Both the position numbers and the translations under genes were made by a program. Under the pieces are notes generated by a model. The model worked only from the letters and a program-made list of their open reading frames with translations, had not been told where the DNA came from and made no database searches. This document shows positions 27,104-37,460 of a stretch of 64,000 nucleotides of DNA, one piece after another (positions within the stretch are counted from its first letter, which is position 1; each line of letters opens with the position of its first letter). Origin of the DNA: Geminicoccaceae bacterium (GTDB taxonomy: Bacteria; Pseudomonadota; Alphaproteobacteria; Geminicoccales; Geminicoccaceae); assembly GCA_039808865.1 (NCBI GenBank), contig JBDHTW010000014.1, positions 12-64,011 of the forward strand. The letters run 5' to 3'.

Positions 27104-28462
27104 TCAGCGCCCGACCTTGAGCCGCGTGCGTTTACCGTCGACCAGGGTGTGCGCTGGTCCGAGTGGCGTGAGCGTGTGCACGCCGTCCGGGTAGGGACCG
27201 GCAGGATCGGGCTCGATTCGCGCCACGGGAATCTCCTCGAACCGCTCGGGCGTCAGCACGTCGATGCGCAACAGGACCACGGCACCACCGTAGCGCTCGG
27301 AGCAGTCCTGGGCCGGACGGTAGAGCCGCCCGTCGTGCACGAAGGGCGGCCCGGCCGGGCGCGCGCTGCGGACGTCGCAGCGCACCGGATTGCCGGCGTG
27401 CGGCTGCCACGGCCCGAGGAGCCGATCGGCGTGGAACAGGAACAGCTTGGTCACGTCCTGATCGGCGTGATCCATGGCCAGCATCCACCACCGCCCGTCA
27501 TGGCGGAAGGGCGTGCAGTCGACACCGGCGAACCCGTCGAGCAGCACGGCCGCCGGCTCGAAGCGCTCGGGGAGGCGTACCGCACGCAGCAGGGTCACCC
27601 GGCCGGACGCCGAGTTCTCCGGCACGCAGTAGAGCACGCCCTCGTCCTCGACGAGGCACGGGTACGAGAGGTGCCCGGCGAGGCCGGTCGTCACCGGCAG
27701 CGGCTCCGGCGATTCCGGGCGAAGCGCCACGATCTCGCCACGACCGAGGCGCGGATCGAAGGCCTCGGCCAGGATGACCGGGCCGGTGGCGTCGACGAGG
27801 CCGAACGGATCGGCCAGGAAGCCGCCGCCGCTACGCTCGGGCAGCCACGCGACATCGTCGAGCGCCGGTCGGGTCAGAAAGCTGGCGATCGGCCGCGGCG
27901 CGATGCCGACCGCCCAGATCTCCTCGGTCAGCGCCTCCCGCACGCGCCCGACCGCGTTGCGCGCGACCTGCAGCGGCAGGGTCAGCCAGTCGGCGGCGGC
28001 GCTGGCATGCGGCTGCCCGAGGGCTGGCCCCGCCGTCGTGGCGCGATCCCGACCGAGCACGCGGGCGGGCCAGTCGGCACAGGTTTCGAGGATCCGCCGC
28101 AAGGTCAGGTACGGCGACAGCCCGCTGGACTTCACGGCCCCGGTCCGGAGCCGTCGCGCCGCGCCGTCGCTCGGCATGACGGCGAGCAGCGACACGGCGA
28201 CCGATCGGCCGGCCGCCGCGATCGCGGGCAGGCTCAGGGTGCGTGGTCCGGCCGGCGCATCGACCGCCAGGACGAGCAGCGGCAGCTCATGCCGGCGGGC
28301 CAGATCCGTCGCCACCCGGTTCGGGAGCAGGCTGACGACCGCCTCGGCCCGGGCCTCGTCCGCGGCGGCAAGCCGCAGCCCGAATCTCGCCAGGGCCGCC
28401 TCGGTGCGCCGGTCGAGATCGGCACGCCCGGTCGGGACGAGATGGACACTGCGCCTAGGCAT
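27104..28462 (-). CDS. GINT1-N-terminal-like beta-propeller protein (glycoside-hydrolase-like fold), function unknown
   Basis: FLADPF, HLSYP, GPWQPHAGNPV..D..SARPAG, RPAQDCS..YG motifs; TGATG coupling to the upstream glycosyltransferase. Confidence 0.7.
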   Translation of the reverse strand: MPRRSVHLVPTGRADLDRRTEAALARFGLRLAAADEARAEAVVSLLPNRVATDLARRHELPLLVLAVDAPAGPRTLSLPAIAAAGRSVAVSLLAVMPSDGAARRLRTGAVKSSGLSPYLTLRRILETCADWPARVLGRDRATTAGPALGQPHASAAADWLTLPLQVARNAVGRVREALTEEIWAVGIAPRPIASFLTRPALDDVAWLPERSGGGFLADPFGLVDATGPVILAEAFDPRLGRGEIVALRPESPEPLPVTTGLAGHLSYPCLVEDEGVLYCVPENSASGRVTLLRAVRLPERFEPAAVLLDGFAGVDCTPFRHDGRWWMLAMDHADQDVTKLFLFHADRLLGPWQPHAGNPVRCDVRSARPAGPPFVHDGRLYRPAQDCSERYGGAVVLLRIDVLTPERFEEIPVARIEPDPAGPYPDGVHTLTPLGPAHTLVDGKRTRLKVGR

Positions 28463-29754
28463 CACGATCCCGCCGCCAGGGAACCGTAAACGGCACACAA
28501 CCGGTCGGCCGCCCGTTGCCACGTCCAGTGCGCCACCGCGTCCTTGCGGCCGGCCGCACCCATAGCGCGAGCGCGCTCGGGGTCGGCCAGCAGCGTGAGC
28601 AGGGCGTCCGCCAGCGCCAGCGGGTCGCCCGGCTCGACGAGCAGCCCCGTTCGTCCGTCGGCCACCAGTTCGGGGATACCGCCGGCCCGGCTGGCCACCA
28701 CCGGCCGGCCCGCGGCCATGGCCTCCACCACCGGCAGGCCGAACGGCTCCTGGATCACCGACGGCGTCACGGCCACGGCGCTGCGGCCATAGATCAGCGG
28801 CATGCGCTCGAAAGGCTCGGCCGCCAGGAATCGCGTCGCCGCACGGGCCGCGGGCGAGAGCCGCCGCTCGATGGTCCGACGGTAGCTGCTGCGGCTCGAG
28901 ATCACCTGCCGGGACAGGCCGACGAGTGGATTCCGGCCGTAGAGGTCGCGCAGGCCCTCCAGGAGCGGGCCGCGGCCGAATTGGGGCAGAATCGAGGCCG
29001 GCAGGTAGCCCGGGCGGCCGACGATCTCGAGCGTGGCCTCGGGCCGGACCGCGACGACGCGGCTGAAGGCTTGGGCCAGGACGTGGACGCCCTTCTCGGG
29101 TGAGACCCGGCCCACGAAGAGGAGCCGGGCCGATGCGCCGCCGGCATCGGCGTCGGGGGCCGCGAACGCATCGGAATCGACACCGTTGCCGATCATGTGG
29201 AACTTGGCGGCATGGCTCGGCAGATGGGCGCGCAGACGCTGCGCCAGATGCTCGGAGCAGGTGACGACGACGTCCACGGCATCCAGCGCCCGCGCGGCCG
29301 CCTCGGGCGCGAAGCCGAACGGATGCGGGTGGTGCAGGTGCAGGACCAGCGGCACGTCGGGCAGGGCTGCGCGCAACCTCGGCGCGTGCTGCAGGTAGGT
29401 CTGCAGGTGCAAGAGGTCGGGCGGTTCGCGCCCGAGCAGCTCGGCCACGCGCGCGAAGTAGCCGCGATAGTAGCCCGGCGCCACGGAGCGCGCCGACAGG
29501 CCGGGCCAGAGGCCGGAAAGCAGCTCGAGCGCCTGCTCGTTGCGATCGCCCTCGACCGGGACCTGCACGACCGGATGCCCGCCGGGTCCGGCAGCGGCTG
29601 CCGTCTCGCCGTGGTCGGAGCCGACATAGAACGTGAGCGCGTAGCCGGGTGGCAGGCACTTGGCGAGCTCGGAGGCGACGATGCCGGTGGAACCGCTCAA
29701 CAGACCGCTCGCGAGCAGCCGGTCACGCGGCTGGCACACCATGGCTATGCGCAT
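28462..29754 (-). CDS. GT4 family glycosyltransferase
   Basis: IGNGVD, LFVGRVSPEKG, PSVIQEPFGLPVVEAMAAG, GGIPE. Confidence 0.92.
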   Translation of the reverse strand: MRIAMVCQPRDRLLASGLLSGSTGIVASELAKCLPPGYALTFYVGSDHGETAAAAGPGGHPVVQVPVEGDRNEQALELLSGLWPGLSARSVAPGYYRGYFARVAELLGREPPDLLHLQTYLQHAPRLRAALPDVPLVLHLHHPHPFGFAPEAAARALDAVDVVVTCSEHLAQRLRAHLPSHAAKFHMIGNGVDSDAFAAPDADAGGASARLLFVGRVSPEKGVHVLAQAFSRVVAVRPEATLEIVGRPGYLPASILPQFGRGPLLEGLRDLYGRNPLVGLSRQVISSRSSYRRTIERRLSPAARAATRFLAAEPFERMPLIYGRSAVAVTPSVIQEPFGLPVVEAMAAGRPVVASRAGGIPELVADGRTGLLVEPGDPLALADALLTLLADPERARAMGAAGRKDAVAHWTWQRAADRLCAVYGSLAAGS

Positions 29755-29939
29755 CGCGCCTCCACGCCCGGGATCGAGAAGGGGCTGCATTTGCGTCGGC
29801 GGCTGTGCTCGCCGGACGCGCCCGAAGGCTGGGTTTGGCGGGCGGCACGGTGTAGACGGCCGGCATACCGTCGTCCATGTGCACCTGCGTCACGGACGGT
29901 CCGTCGATGCGGCGCTTGCTGCGGGAGAGGAAACTCGAG

Positions 29940-31190
29940 GTGAGAATAGGTTGGGTCTATCCGCATTCCCGTTTCCCGAGCGCCGACTTCAAGCTGTTCG
30001 ATGCCCTGGCCGTCGTGACCTACGAGCTGACGCGGCGCCTGGCCCGCACGAACGACGTCACGGTCTATGCCCGGCGCGGCGAGGGCGACCTGCCGCGGGA
30101 GACCCGCGAGCGGGTGGAGTTCCGCCGCTTCTCGCAGACGCTCGACCAGCTCTTGTGGTCGCTCAACATCGTCGACCGCCTGGGCCTCACCTCGCCGTCG
30201 CGGCCTCTGCGGATGAGCAGCCTCTACTATCGCATCTTCGCCGAGCGCGTCGCCCGCGACGCCGCCAAGCGGCGCCTGGACGTGATCCACATCTATGGCA
30301 CGACGAACTTCATCCCGGTCGTTCGCCGGCACAATCCCGACGCCGTGATCGTGCTGCACAGCCATGATCACGCGCTGGTCGATTTCGATCCCGACCTGAC
30401 GGCCACGCGCCTCGCCCAGGCATCCTTGATCCTCGGCTGCAGCGAGACCGTGACCCGCACGATGCAGGTCAGATTTCCGGCCCTCGCGGCACGCTGCCAC
30501 GCCTTGCCGAACGGCGTCGACGAGCGGTTCTTCACGGTCGCGAGCGATCCGGCAGCCAGCAGCACGGTCATGTTCGTCGGCCGCCTGGCACCCGAGAAAG
30601 GCGTGCACCTGCTGCTCGAGGCCTTCGCCCGGGTGGCCGCCGACCGGCCCGAGGCCCGCCTCGAGCTGATCGGTCCGCGCGATCTTTCGCCCAAGCAGTT
30701 CGTCGATCCGTTCGGGCGCGACCCGCTCATCGCTTCGGTCAGCGCCTATTACAAGGATCCCGACAGCTTCCGGGCACTTCTGGACGCGACGGCGCGCCGC
30801 TCCGGGCCACAAGCCACCTTCCGCGGGCCGATCGCCAACGACGCCCTCCACGGCGAGCTCGCCCGGGCAGGTGTGTTCGTGTTCGCCTCGCTGTGGGAGG
30901 AGCCGTTCGGCATACCGGTGATCGAGGCCATGGCGGCGGGGCTGCCGGTCATCGTTGCCCGGTCCGGCGCCCTGCCCGAGATCGTCGAGGACGGGGTGAG
31001 CGGCATCATCGTGCCGCGGGGCGACGTCGCGGCGCTGGCACAGGCGATCGACGGCCTGCTCGCCGACCCGAGCCGGCGGGCGGCGATGGGACAGGCGGCA
31101 CGGGCCAGGGCACGCCGCCATTACCACTGGGACGGATGCGCCGAACGGCTGCTGAAGCTCTACGACAGCGCCAGGAACAGGCCGGCGTGA
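29940..31190 (+). CDS. GT4 family glycosyltransferase
   Basis: LPNGVD, FVGRLAPEKG, SLWEEPFGIPVIEAMAAG; start taken as GTG 29940 (ATG 29907 possible). Confidence 0.92.
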   Translation: MRIGWVYPHSRFPSADFKLFDALAVVTYELTRRLARTNDVTVYARRGEGDLPRETRERVEFRRFSQTLDQLLWSLNIVDRLGLTSPSRPLRMSSLYYRIFAERVARDAAKRRLDVIHIYGTTNFIPVVRRHNPDAVIVLHSHDHALVDFDPDLTATRLAQASLILGCSETVTRTMQVRFPALAARCHALPNGVDERFFTVASDPAASSTVMFVGRLAPEKGVHLLLEAFARVAADRPEARLELIGPRDLSPKQFVDPFGRDPLIASVSAYYKDPDSFRALLDATARRSGPQATFRGPIANDALHGELARAGVFVFASLWEEPFGIPVIEAMAAGLPVIVARSGALPEIVEDGVSGIIVPRGDVAALAQAIDGLLADPSRRAAMGQAARARARRHYHWDGCAERLLKLYDSARNRPA

Positions 31191-31224
31191 GCCGCCGGCT
31201 GGCGAGGTCACGACCGGCCGAGGC

Positions 31225-32409
31225 TCAGGCCAGAGCCTCGACTTCCGGCTCCAGGCCCAGTCGCCGCAGCTCGGCACCGATCTCGCCGACATAGATGGCG
31301 TTCATCACCAGCACGACGTCGGGCCGCAGCGCCACCAGGGCTTCGGGTCCGACGATCTCGTGGCCGGTGCCGGCCAGAAACTTGCCGTGCTTGTGCGGGT
31401 TGATGTCGACCACGGCGGCGATCTCGTCGCGCAGGCCCAAGGTGGTGAGGTAGCTCACCGCCTTCGAGCCCGAGCCCCAGATCGCCACCTTCCTGCCCGC
31501 GCTCGACCAGCCGGTCGCCTGCTCGCGCAGCTTGGCGAGACGGGTCCGGATGTCGACCTCGAACGCCGCCACCAGCTCGGTGATGCCGGCCAGATCGTCC
31601 TCGGCCGGCAGCGTCGGCTCGGTGGGACCGGCCACGGGCCGGGCTTCGATCATGAGGTACTGGTCGTCGTAGGCCTTCCACAGATCGGTGACGTCGAAAC
31701 CGGTCCGTCGGAACAGCCGCGCCAGGGAGCCCAGCGTGAAATAGGAGCAGTGCTCGTAGTAGATGTCCCAGAAGGCGCCCTCGCGCAGCACGCGCTCCAT
31801 GTCGGGCAGCTCGAAGAACACCGGCACTTCCGGCCGATCGCCGATCGCCGACCGGACCAGCCGCATGAACTCGAGCACCTCGTGGATGTGCTCGAGCGTG
31901 TGCCGGCAGCAGACGTAGTCGGCCGCGAGGTGCTGATACTTGGGACCGTAGAAGTCCTGCACGAAGTTGAGCCGCGCCGCCGCCGGGCTGTTGGTGCGCT
32001 CCGGCCGGTAGCCCGGATCGATGCCGATGCCGGCACAGCCCGTACGTTCGCACAAGGCGACCAGAAACTCGCCCTTGCCGCAGCCGATCTCGAGCGCGGT
32101 CTTGCCGGCGAGAGAGTATTTGCGGTCCTGGTCGTCGCAAATCTCGGCGACGAAGCGTTGGAAGCGCGGCGAGAAGATCTGGGTCTCCTCGTAGTCGATC
32201 GAGTAGCGATGGGCCGTCGGGTCGAACAGCACGTTCTGCACGAAGCCGCAGTCGGTGCAGAAGCCCAGCTCCAGGTTCTGGCGTGGAAAGGCCAGCGCGG
32301 CTTCGCGGCTGTCCAGCATCAGGCAGCTGTGAACGGGAATGTCGTCCACGCGATAAAAGGCATGGATGTTGCCGCCGCCACAGGCGGCACAGGTCGTCCG
32401 TGAGTTCAT
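31225..32409 (-). CDS. NDP-sugar C-methyltransferase-like protein (Zn-finger + SAM domain), paralogue 2
   Basis: CAACG...CTDC Zn motif, LEIGCGKG, HTLEH, IYYEH, WGSGSK, VDINP.KHG. Confidence 0.8.
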   Translation of the reverse strand: MNSRTTCAACGGGNIHAFYRVDDIPVHSCLMLDSREAALAFPRQNLELGFCTDCGFVQNVLFDPTAHRYSIDYEETQIFSPRFQRFVAEICDDQDRKYSLAGKTALEIGCGKGEFLVALCERTGCAGIGIDPGYRPERTNSPAAARLNFVQDFYGPKYQHLAADYVCCRHTLEHIHEVLEFMRLVRSAIGDRPEVPVFFELPDMERVLREGAFWDIYYEHCSYFTLGSLARLFRRTGFDVTDLWKAYDDQYLMIEARPVAGPTEPTLPAEDDLAGITELVAAFEVDIRTRLAKLREQATGWSSAGRKVAIWGSGSKAVSYLTTLGLRDEIAAVVDINPHKHGKFLAGTGHEIVGPEALVALRPDVVLVMNAIYVGEIGAELRRLGLEPEVEALA

Positions 32410-32415
32410 GAGCTT

Positions 32416-33654
32416 CTAGAGCACCGTGGGCTCGGGAATGGGAATGATGAACCGACCGCCGCGGCTAGCGTAAATCGCCTGCTGGCCGATGATCTCCTCC
32501 TGGAAGTTCCAGGGCAGGATCAGCACGTAATCCGGCTGCCGCTCGAGCAGGGCTTCGGGGGGCAGGATCGGCAGGCGCACGCCCGGGATCCATTTGCCCT
32601 GCTTGTGCCGATTGCGGTCGACGACGAATTCCAGCGTCTCGGGACCGATACCGACATAGTTGAGCAGGATGGTCCCTTTGGCAGCCGCGCCGTAGCCGGC
32701 GAGGCTGCCGCCCTTGGCCTTGATCTCGCCCAGCAGCGCCTGCAATCGGTCCCGGATGGCCTCCACCCGGCGGGCGAAGCCCGCATAGTAGGCGAAGCCG
32801 TCCATGCCGAGCTCGTGCTCCTCGCGCAGCAGCGCGTCGACCGAAGGCTCACGCCGGGGCTGCCGCTCGACGAACACGCGCAGCGAGCCGCCGTGGATGT
32901 CGATCCGCTCGACCCGGTTCAAGAACAGCCCGTGCCGGCTGAACAGGCGGTCGAGCGCCATCACCGAAAAATAGCACAAGTGCTCGTGATAGATCGTGTC
33001 GAACTGGCCTTTGTCGATCAGGTCACGCACATAGTGCATCTCGAGGACGGCGAGACCGTCGTCCTTGAGCAGGGTCGCGATGCCCTGCACGAAGCCGTTG
33101 GTGTCCGCCACGTGCGCCAGCACGTTGTTGGCGTGGAGCACGTCCGCACGGCGGCCGCCGGCGGCAAGATCGTCGGCCAGTTCGCGCCCGAAGAAGGCCT
33201 GCAGACTCTCGACGCCCTTGGCCCGCGCCGCGGCGACGGGACCGGGGGTCGGATCGATGCCCAGCACCCGGATGCCGGCGGCGAGGTAATGCTGCAGCAG
33301 GTAGCCGTCGTTGCTCGCGAGCTCGATCACGAGACTGTCCGGGCCGAGGCCACGCTCCTCGATCCTGGCGGCGACGTTGCGCGCCGAATGCTGCACGAGC
33401 GCGTCGATCACCGACGAGAAGTAAGGATAGTCGGCGGCGAACAGCTCCTCGGGTGGCACGGTGTGCAGGATCTGCACCAGCGTACAGTCGTGGCAGAACG
33501 CCACGTCGAGCGGGTAGCGGGCCTCGGCGCGGTCGAGCGCGTCCGCGGCGATGAACGCGTCCGAGGGCGGCAGATCCCCGAGTGCGAGGAAGGTCTCGAG
33601 TCGATGGGAACCACAAGCGCGACAGGTCTCGATCGGCGCCACGCTGGACGTCAT
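32416..33654 (-). CDS. NDP-hexose C3-methyltransferase (TcaB9/KijD1 family), paralogue 1
   Basis: CRACG...CHDC, ELASNDG, NNVLAH, TIYHEH, YGAAAKG, VDRN..KQG. Confidence 0.88.
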   Translation of the reverse strand: MTSSVAPIETCRACGSHRLETFLALGDLPPSDAFIAADALDRAEARYPLDVAFCHDCTLVQILHTVPPEELFAADYPYFSSVIDALVQHSARNVAARIEERGLGPDSLVIELASNDGYLLQHYLAAGIRVLGIDPTPGPVAAARAKGVESLQAFFGRELADDLAAGGRRADVLHANNVLAHVADTNGFVQGIATLLKDDGLAVLEMHYVRDLIDKGQFDTIYHEHLCYFSVMALDRLFSRHGLFLNRVERIDIHGGSLRVFVERQPRREPSVDALLREEHELGMDGFAYYAGFARRVEAIRDRLQALLGEIKAKGGSLAGYGAAAKGTILLNYVGIGPETLEFVVDRNRHKQGKWIPGVRLPILPPEALLERQPDYVLILPWNFQEEIIGQQAIYASRGGRFIIPIPEPTVL

Positions 33655-34691
33655 GCGGCCTCGCGCAGATAGCGCAGACTGGCGCCGTCGACACGTCCGG
33701 CCGCCATCAGGTTCTTCAGATGCTGCACCCGCATCCAGCTCGGGCCGAAGAACTGCTCGGCGGTGACCTTGGCCCCACGATAGGCCTCGTAGATCTCCTC
33801 GATGCCGCGGCGCAGCGTCCACTGCGGCTCGTAGCTCGGGACCATGCGCCGGATCTTGTCGCAGTTCACGCGGTAGTTGCGGCGATCCGGGCTGGCGTCG
33901 CTGGCGAACGACACCGTGGCGCCCGGCACGATCTCGGCCACCATCTCGGCGACCTCGCGCACCCGGTAGTTCTCCGTGGTGGCACCGACGTTGAAGGCCT
34001 CGTCGTGCACCTGCTCGCGCGGCGCCTCGAGCACCGCCAGATAGGCGCGGGCGATGTCCTCGATGTGCACCAGCGGCCGCCACGGCATGCCGTCGCTCTT
34101 CATCGTCACGCTGCCGGTGGTGAAGGCATAGCCGACGAGATTGTTCACGACGAGGTCGGCACGGAGCTTGGCGGAGATGCCATAGGCCGTGCCGGCCCGC
34201 AGATAGACCGGCGTGAAGGTCGCATCGGCGAGCGGGCTGATGTCACGCTCGGCCAGGACCTTGCTCTCGGCGTAGGGGGTCACCGGGTTGAACGCGGCCG
34301 TCTCGTCGACGAAGCCGTCGGTCGAGGCGCCGTAGTTGCTGCAGGACGAGGCGAACACGAACCGGCGCACGCCGGCGGCCTTGGCCAGCCTGGCCAAGCG
34401 GGCCGCGGCCTGGTGGTTGACCTCGTCGGTCATGGCCGGGTTGAGATCGCCGAACGGATCGTTGGAGACCCCGGCCAGATGCAGGACGGCATCGAGGCCC
34501 GCGAGCATCGCAGGCGTCACGTCGCGCACGTCCTGCCAGTGCATCGGCACCACCGGTCGCGGCTGGCCGGGAAAGATGCACTCCGCAAACAGGCCGCTGT
34601 CGAGACCGGTCACCTCGTGACCAGCCTTCTGCAGCAGCGGAACGAGGACTTGGCCGATATAGCCGTCACTGCCGGTCACGAGCACACGCAT
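33651..34691 (-). CDS. NAD-dependent sugar epimerase/oxidoreductase (extended SDR)
   Basis: [28 protein letters not shown]. Confidence 0.88.
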   Translation of the reverse strand: MRVLVTGSDGYIGQVLVPLLQKAGHEVTGLDSGLFAECIFPGQPRPVVPMHWQDVRDVTPAMLAGLDAVLHLAGVSNDPFGDLNPAMTDEVNHQAAARLARLAKAAGVRRFVFASSCSNYGASTDGFVDETAAFNPVTPYAESKVLAERDISPLADATFTPVYLRAGTAYGISAKLRADLVVNNLVGYAFTTGSVTMKSDGMPWRPLVHIEDIARAYLAVLEAPREQVHDEAFNVGATTENYRVREVAEMVAEIVPGATVSFASDASPDRRNYRVNCDKIRRMVPSYEPQWTLRRGIEEIYEAYRGAKVTAEQFFGPSWMRVQHLKNLMAAGRVDGASLRYLREAA

Positions 34692-34695
34692 CGGC

Positions 34696-35469
34696 TCAGC
34701 TCCAAATCTTCCACGGCGCTTCGCCGCTTTCCCACAGCTCGTCCAGCCGCGCCTTGTCGCGGACCGTGTCCATGCACTGCCAGAAGCCATAGTGCCGGTA
34801 GGCCATGAGCTGACCGTCGGCGGCCAGCCGCTCCAGCGGCTCGCGTTCGAAGGGGGTCAGGTCGTCGTCGATGTAGTCGAAGACGCCGGGTTCGAGCACG
34901 AAGAAGGCGCCGTTGATCCAGCCCTCGCCGGTCTGCGGCTTCTCGGTGAAGCTCGCGACCTTGTCGTCCTCGAGATCGAGACGCCCGAAGCGCGCCGGCG
35001 GCCTGACCGCCGTGACCGTGGCGAGCTTGCCGTGGGCGCGATGGAACGCCAGCAGCGCATGCAGGTCGACCGTCGAGACCCCGTCGCCCCAGGTCAGCAT
35101 GAAGGTGCTCTCGCCGAGATAGGGTCGCAGACGCTTGATGCGCCCGCCGGTCATCGAGCGCTGCCCGGTATCGACGAGATCGACCTTCCAGGACTGCTGC
35201 AGACCCGCCGCATGCGCGTCGACGGCACCGGAAGCGAAGTCGACCGTAAGATCACGATTCAAAAACCAGAAATCCATCATGTATTTTTTGATGTACTCGC
35301 CCTTGTAACCCAGAGCGATGGCAAACTCGTTGAAACCATAATGACTATAATGCATCATGATATGCCAAAGAATTGGCCGGCCACCGATCTCCACCATGGG
35401 TTTTGGTCTGACGGCGGTTTCCTCGGCCAAGCGAGAGCCGACACCACCGGCAAGTATACCGACCTTCAT
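34696..35469 (-). CDS. rfbF: Glucose-1-phosphate cytidylyltransferase
   Basis: [52 protein letters not shown]. Confidence 0.93.
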   Translation of the reverse strand: MKVGILAGGVGSRLAEETAVRPKPMVEIGGRPILWHIMMHYSHYGFNEFAIALGYKGEYIKKYMMDFWFLNRDLTVDFASGAVDAHAAGLQQSWKVDLVDTGQRSMTGGRIKRLRPYLGESTFMLTWGDGVSTVDLHALLAFHRAHGKLATVTAVRPPARFGRLDLEDDKVASFTEKPQTGEGWINGAFFVLEPGVFDYIDDDLTPFEREPLERLAADGQLMAYRHYGFWQCMDTVRDKARLDELWESGEAPWKIWS

Positions 35470-35914
35470 GAAACCTCCGATTCGACCTGCGGCGGGTAAA
35501 ATACTCATCGCATGGTCGCTACGGTCGATCAGGACTTACTGCGAAAGACACCCCGGCGCACCTGGATGGGGTGTAGATGTCTGCTGTCCAACGTCGCAAC
35601 CGCAACATATTGACGCGGCTCGGCCGACTATCATTTCCGCCTTGGACGCCAACGCTTGACGCGCATTAGCAATGATACAAGATGGTCCATCCGGCCCTGT
35701 CAATAGCCTTTACCGCAACTGCGTTGTCTGGTCGGGTGCGGTTGCTCCGGCAACACATCGGGCGCTCGGGCACCTTGCGGGTGCAATGACGATCACCCGA
35801 TGGCAAGGCTGTGGTTGTCGAAACGACACGGGCCTGCGAGTATGGAGCGGCGGTGCCGCCCTAGAAGGCCGCTCGCAGCCTCAGGACCTGCCGACGTCGC
35901 ATGATGCCATACCG

Positions 35915-37372
35915 ATGAGCCTCGCCAGATCGCTGACCTCGAGCATGGTCGTGCTGGCCGGCGGGCGCGTGCTGAGCATCCTGCTCGCCTTGGTCACCGT
36001 CGCGATGCTGACACGGGCGCTGGGCCCCGAGGATTTCGGCTATTTCCGCACCGCGATCGCCTATCTGAGCCTCGCCATGCTGATCGGCGGCTTCGGCCTC
36101 AACACGGTGGTGGTGCGCGAATTGGCGCGGGCCGAAGCCGACCAGCCGCGAATCCTGGGGAACGCGCTCGCCCTGCGGCTGACCCTGTCGGCAACGGCCA
36201 TCACCGTCGGCTGCCTGCTCGCCTGGCTGCTGCCGTTCGATCTCGATGCCCGCGCGTGCATTCTCGCCGGCAGCTTCGGCTTCGCCTGCTACGCCGCGCA
36301 CATGATGCTCGCGGGCTTCTTCCAGCAGCGGCTGAGACAGACCGGATCGGTGCTGGCCGAGATCACCGGTGCCGCGCTGCTGCTCGCCGCCGTCGCCTGG
36401 CTGCGGCGCAATGGTGCGCCGGTGGTCGACTTCGTGCTCGCCCAGGCGGTCGCGTACGTGGCGATGCTGGCCGTGTCCTGGGTGGCGGCCTGGCGGTTGA
36501 CGCCGTTCCGGCTCCGTGCCGAGCCGCCCGTCTGGCGCCGGCTGTTCGGGCGAGCGCTGCCGCTGGCAGGGGTCGATTGGCTCAATCTGGTCTATTCCCG
36601 CTCGGACACGCTGCTGCTGGCGCTCTGGGGCACGGCGGCGAGCGTCGGCCTCTACGGCGTCGCGGCCAAGATTTACGACACGTTCCTCGGCATCTCGATG
36701 CTGTTCGTCGGCATGGTCGGCCCGATCCTGGGCCGTCGTGCCCATGTCGATCCCGAGGGCTTCCGCAGCTTTCTTGCCACCGGCTGGACGCTCCTGATGG
36801 CGGGCGTGGTCGGAATCGGGCTGATGCTGTGGTCGTTCGCCCCCGAATTCATGTCGATCATCGCCGGCAGCGAATTCGTGGCCGGCGCCGCCGCGCTGCG
36901 CGTGTTCAGCCTGCTCATCGTCGTCGGACCGTCGCGGGTGCTGTTTCGCGACGTGACGACCATGCTCGATCTGCAACATCGGCTGCTGCCCGGATCGATC
37001 ATCGGCGCCGTGGTCGGCCTCGCCGCCTACGCCGTGCTCATTCCGAGGTTCGGCGCGGTCGGTGCGGGTTGCGCGCTGTTGCTGGCCGAGCTGACCGTGT
37101 GCATCCAGGCGGCTCTGGTGCTGATCGGCGCCGGGGCCACGCGCCTGGCCTTCCGGGCACCTCTGCTCGCGATCGGCTGCGGCCTGCTCGCCGCTTGGGC
37201 GATCGAGCTGCTGCGCGGGTTCGGCCTGCCCTGGCCCCTGCTCGCCGTTCTCGGTGGCCTGGGCTACCTCGCGCTGCTGGTGCTCACTGGCGTGCTGCAG
37301 CCTCGTGCATGGCTGCAGCTGGTCGTCGAGCGCCCGGCTGCCGCAGGCTTGGCCGGTGGGCCGCAGCCATGA
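35915..37372 (+). CDS. wzx: Polysaccharide flippase (Wzx/MATE-like)
   Basis: Many TM segments; RALGPEDFGY, DTLLL...VGLYGVA, LIPRFGAVGA motifs. Confidence 0.88.
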   Translation: MSLARSLTSSMVVLAGGRVLSILLALVTVAMLTRALGPEDFGYFRTAIAYLSLAMLIGGFGLNTVVVRELARAEADQPRILGNALALRLTLSATAITVGCLLAWLLPFDLDARACILAGSFGFACYAAHMMLAGFFQQRLRQTGSVLAEITGAALLLAAVAWLRRNGAPVVDFVLAQAVAYVAMLAVSWVAAWRLTPFRLRAEPPVWRRLFGRALPLAGVDWLNLVYSRSDTLLLALWGTAASVGLYGVAAKIYDTFLGISMLFVGMVGPILGRRAHVDPEGFRSFLATGWTLLMAGVVGIGLMLWSFAPEFMSIIAGSEFVAGAAALRVFSLLIVVGPSRVLFRDVTTMLDLQHRLLPGSIIGAVVGLAAYAVLIPRFGAVGAGCALLLAELTVCIQAALVLIGAGATRLAFRAPLLAIGCGLLAAWAIELLRGFGLPWPLLAVLGGLGYLALLVLTGVLQPRAWLQLVVERPAAAGLAGGPQP

Positions 37373-37460
37373 ATCGCGTCATCCACCAAGCTGTGCCCGA
37401 CTTGCCACGGCACGCCGGTGTAACGACGCCCGCGATCGTGACGGAAGGGTGAAGGACGCC

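Noticed and set aside
35470-35914. ops/JUMPstart antitermination element for the glycan locus
   Set aside because: No GGCGGTAG-type sequence was found on either strand by eye.
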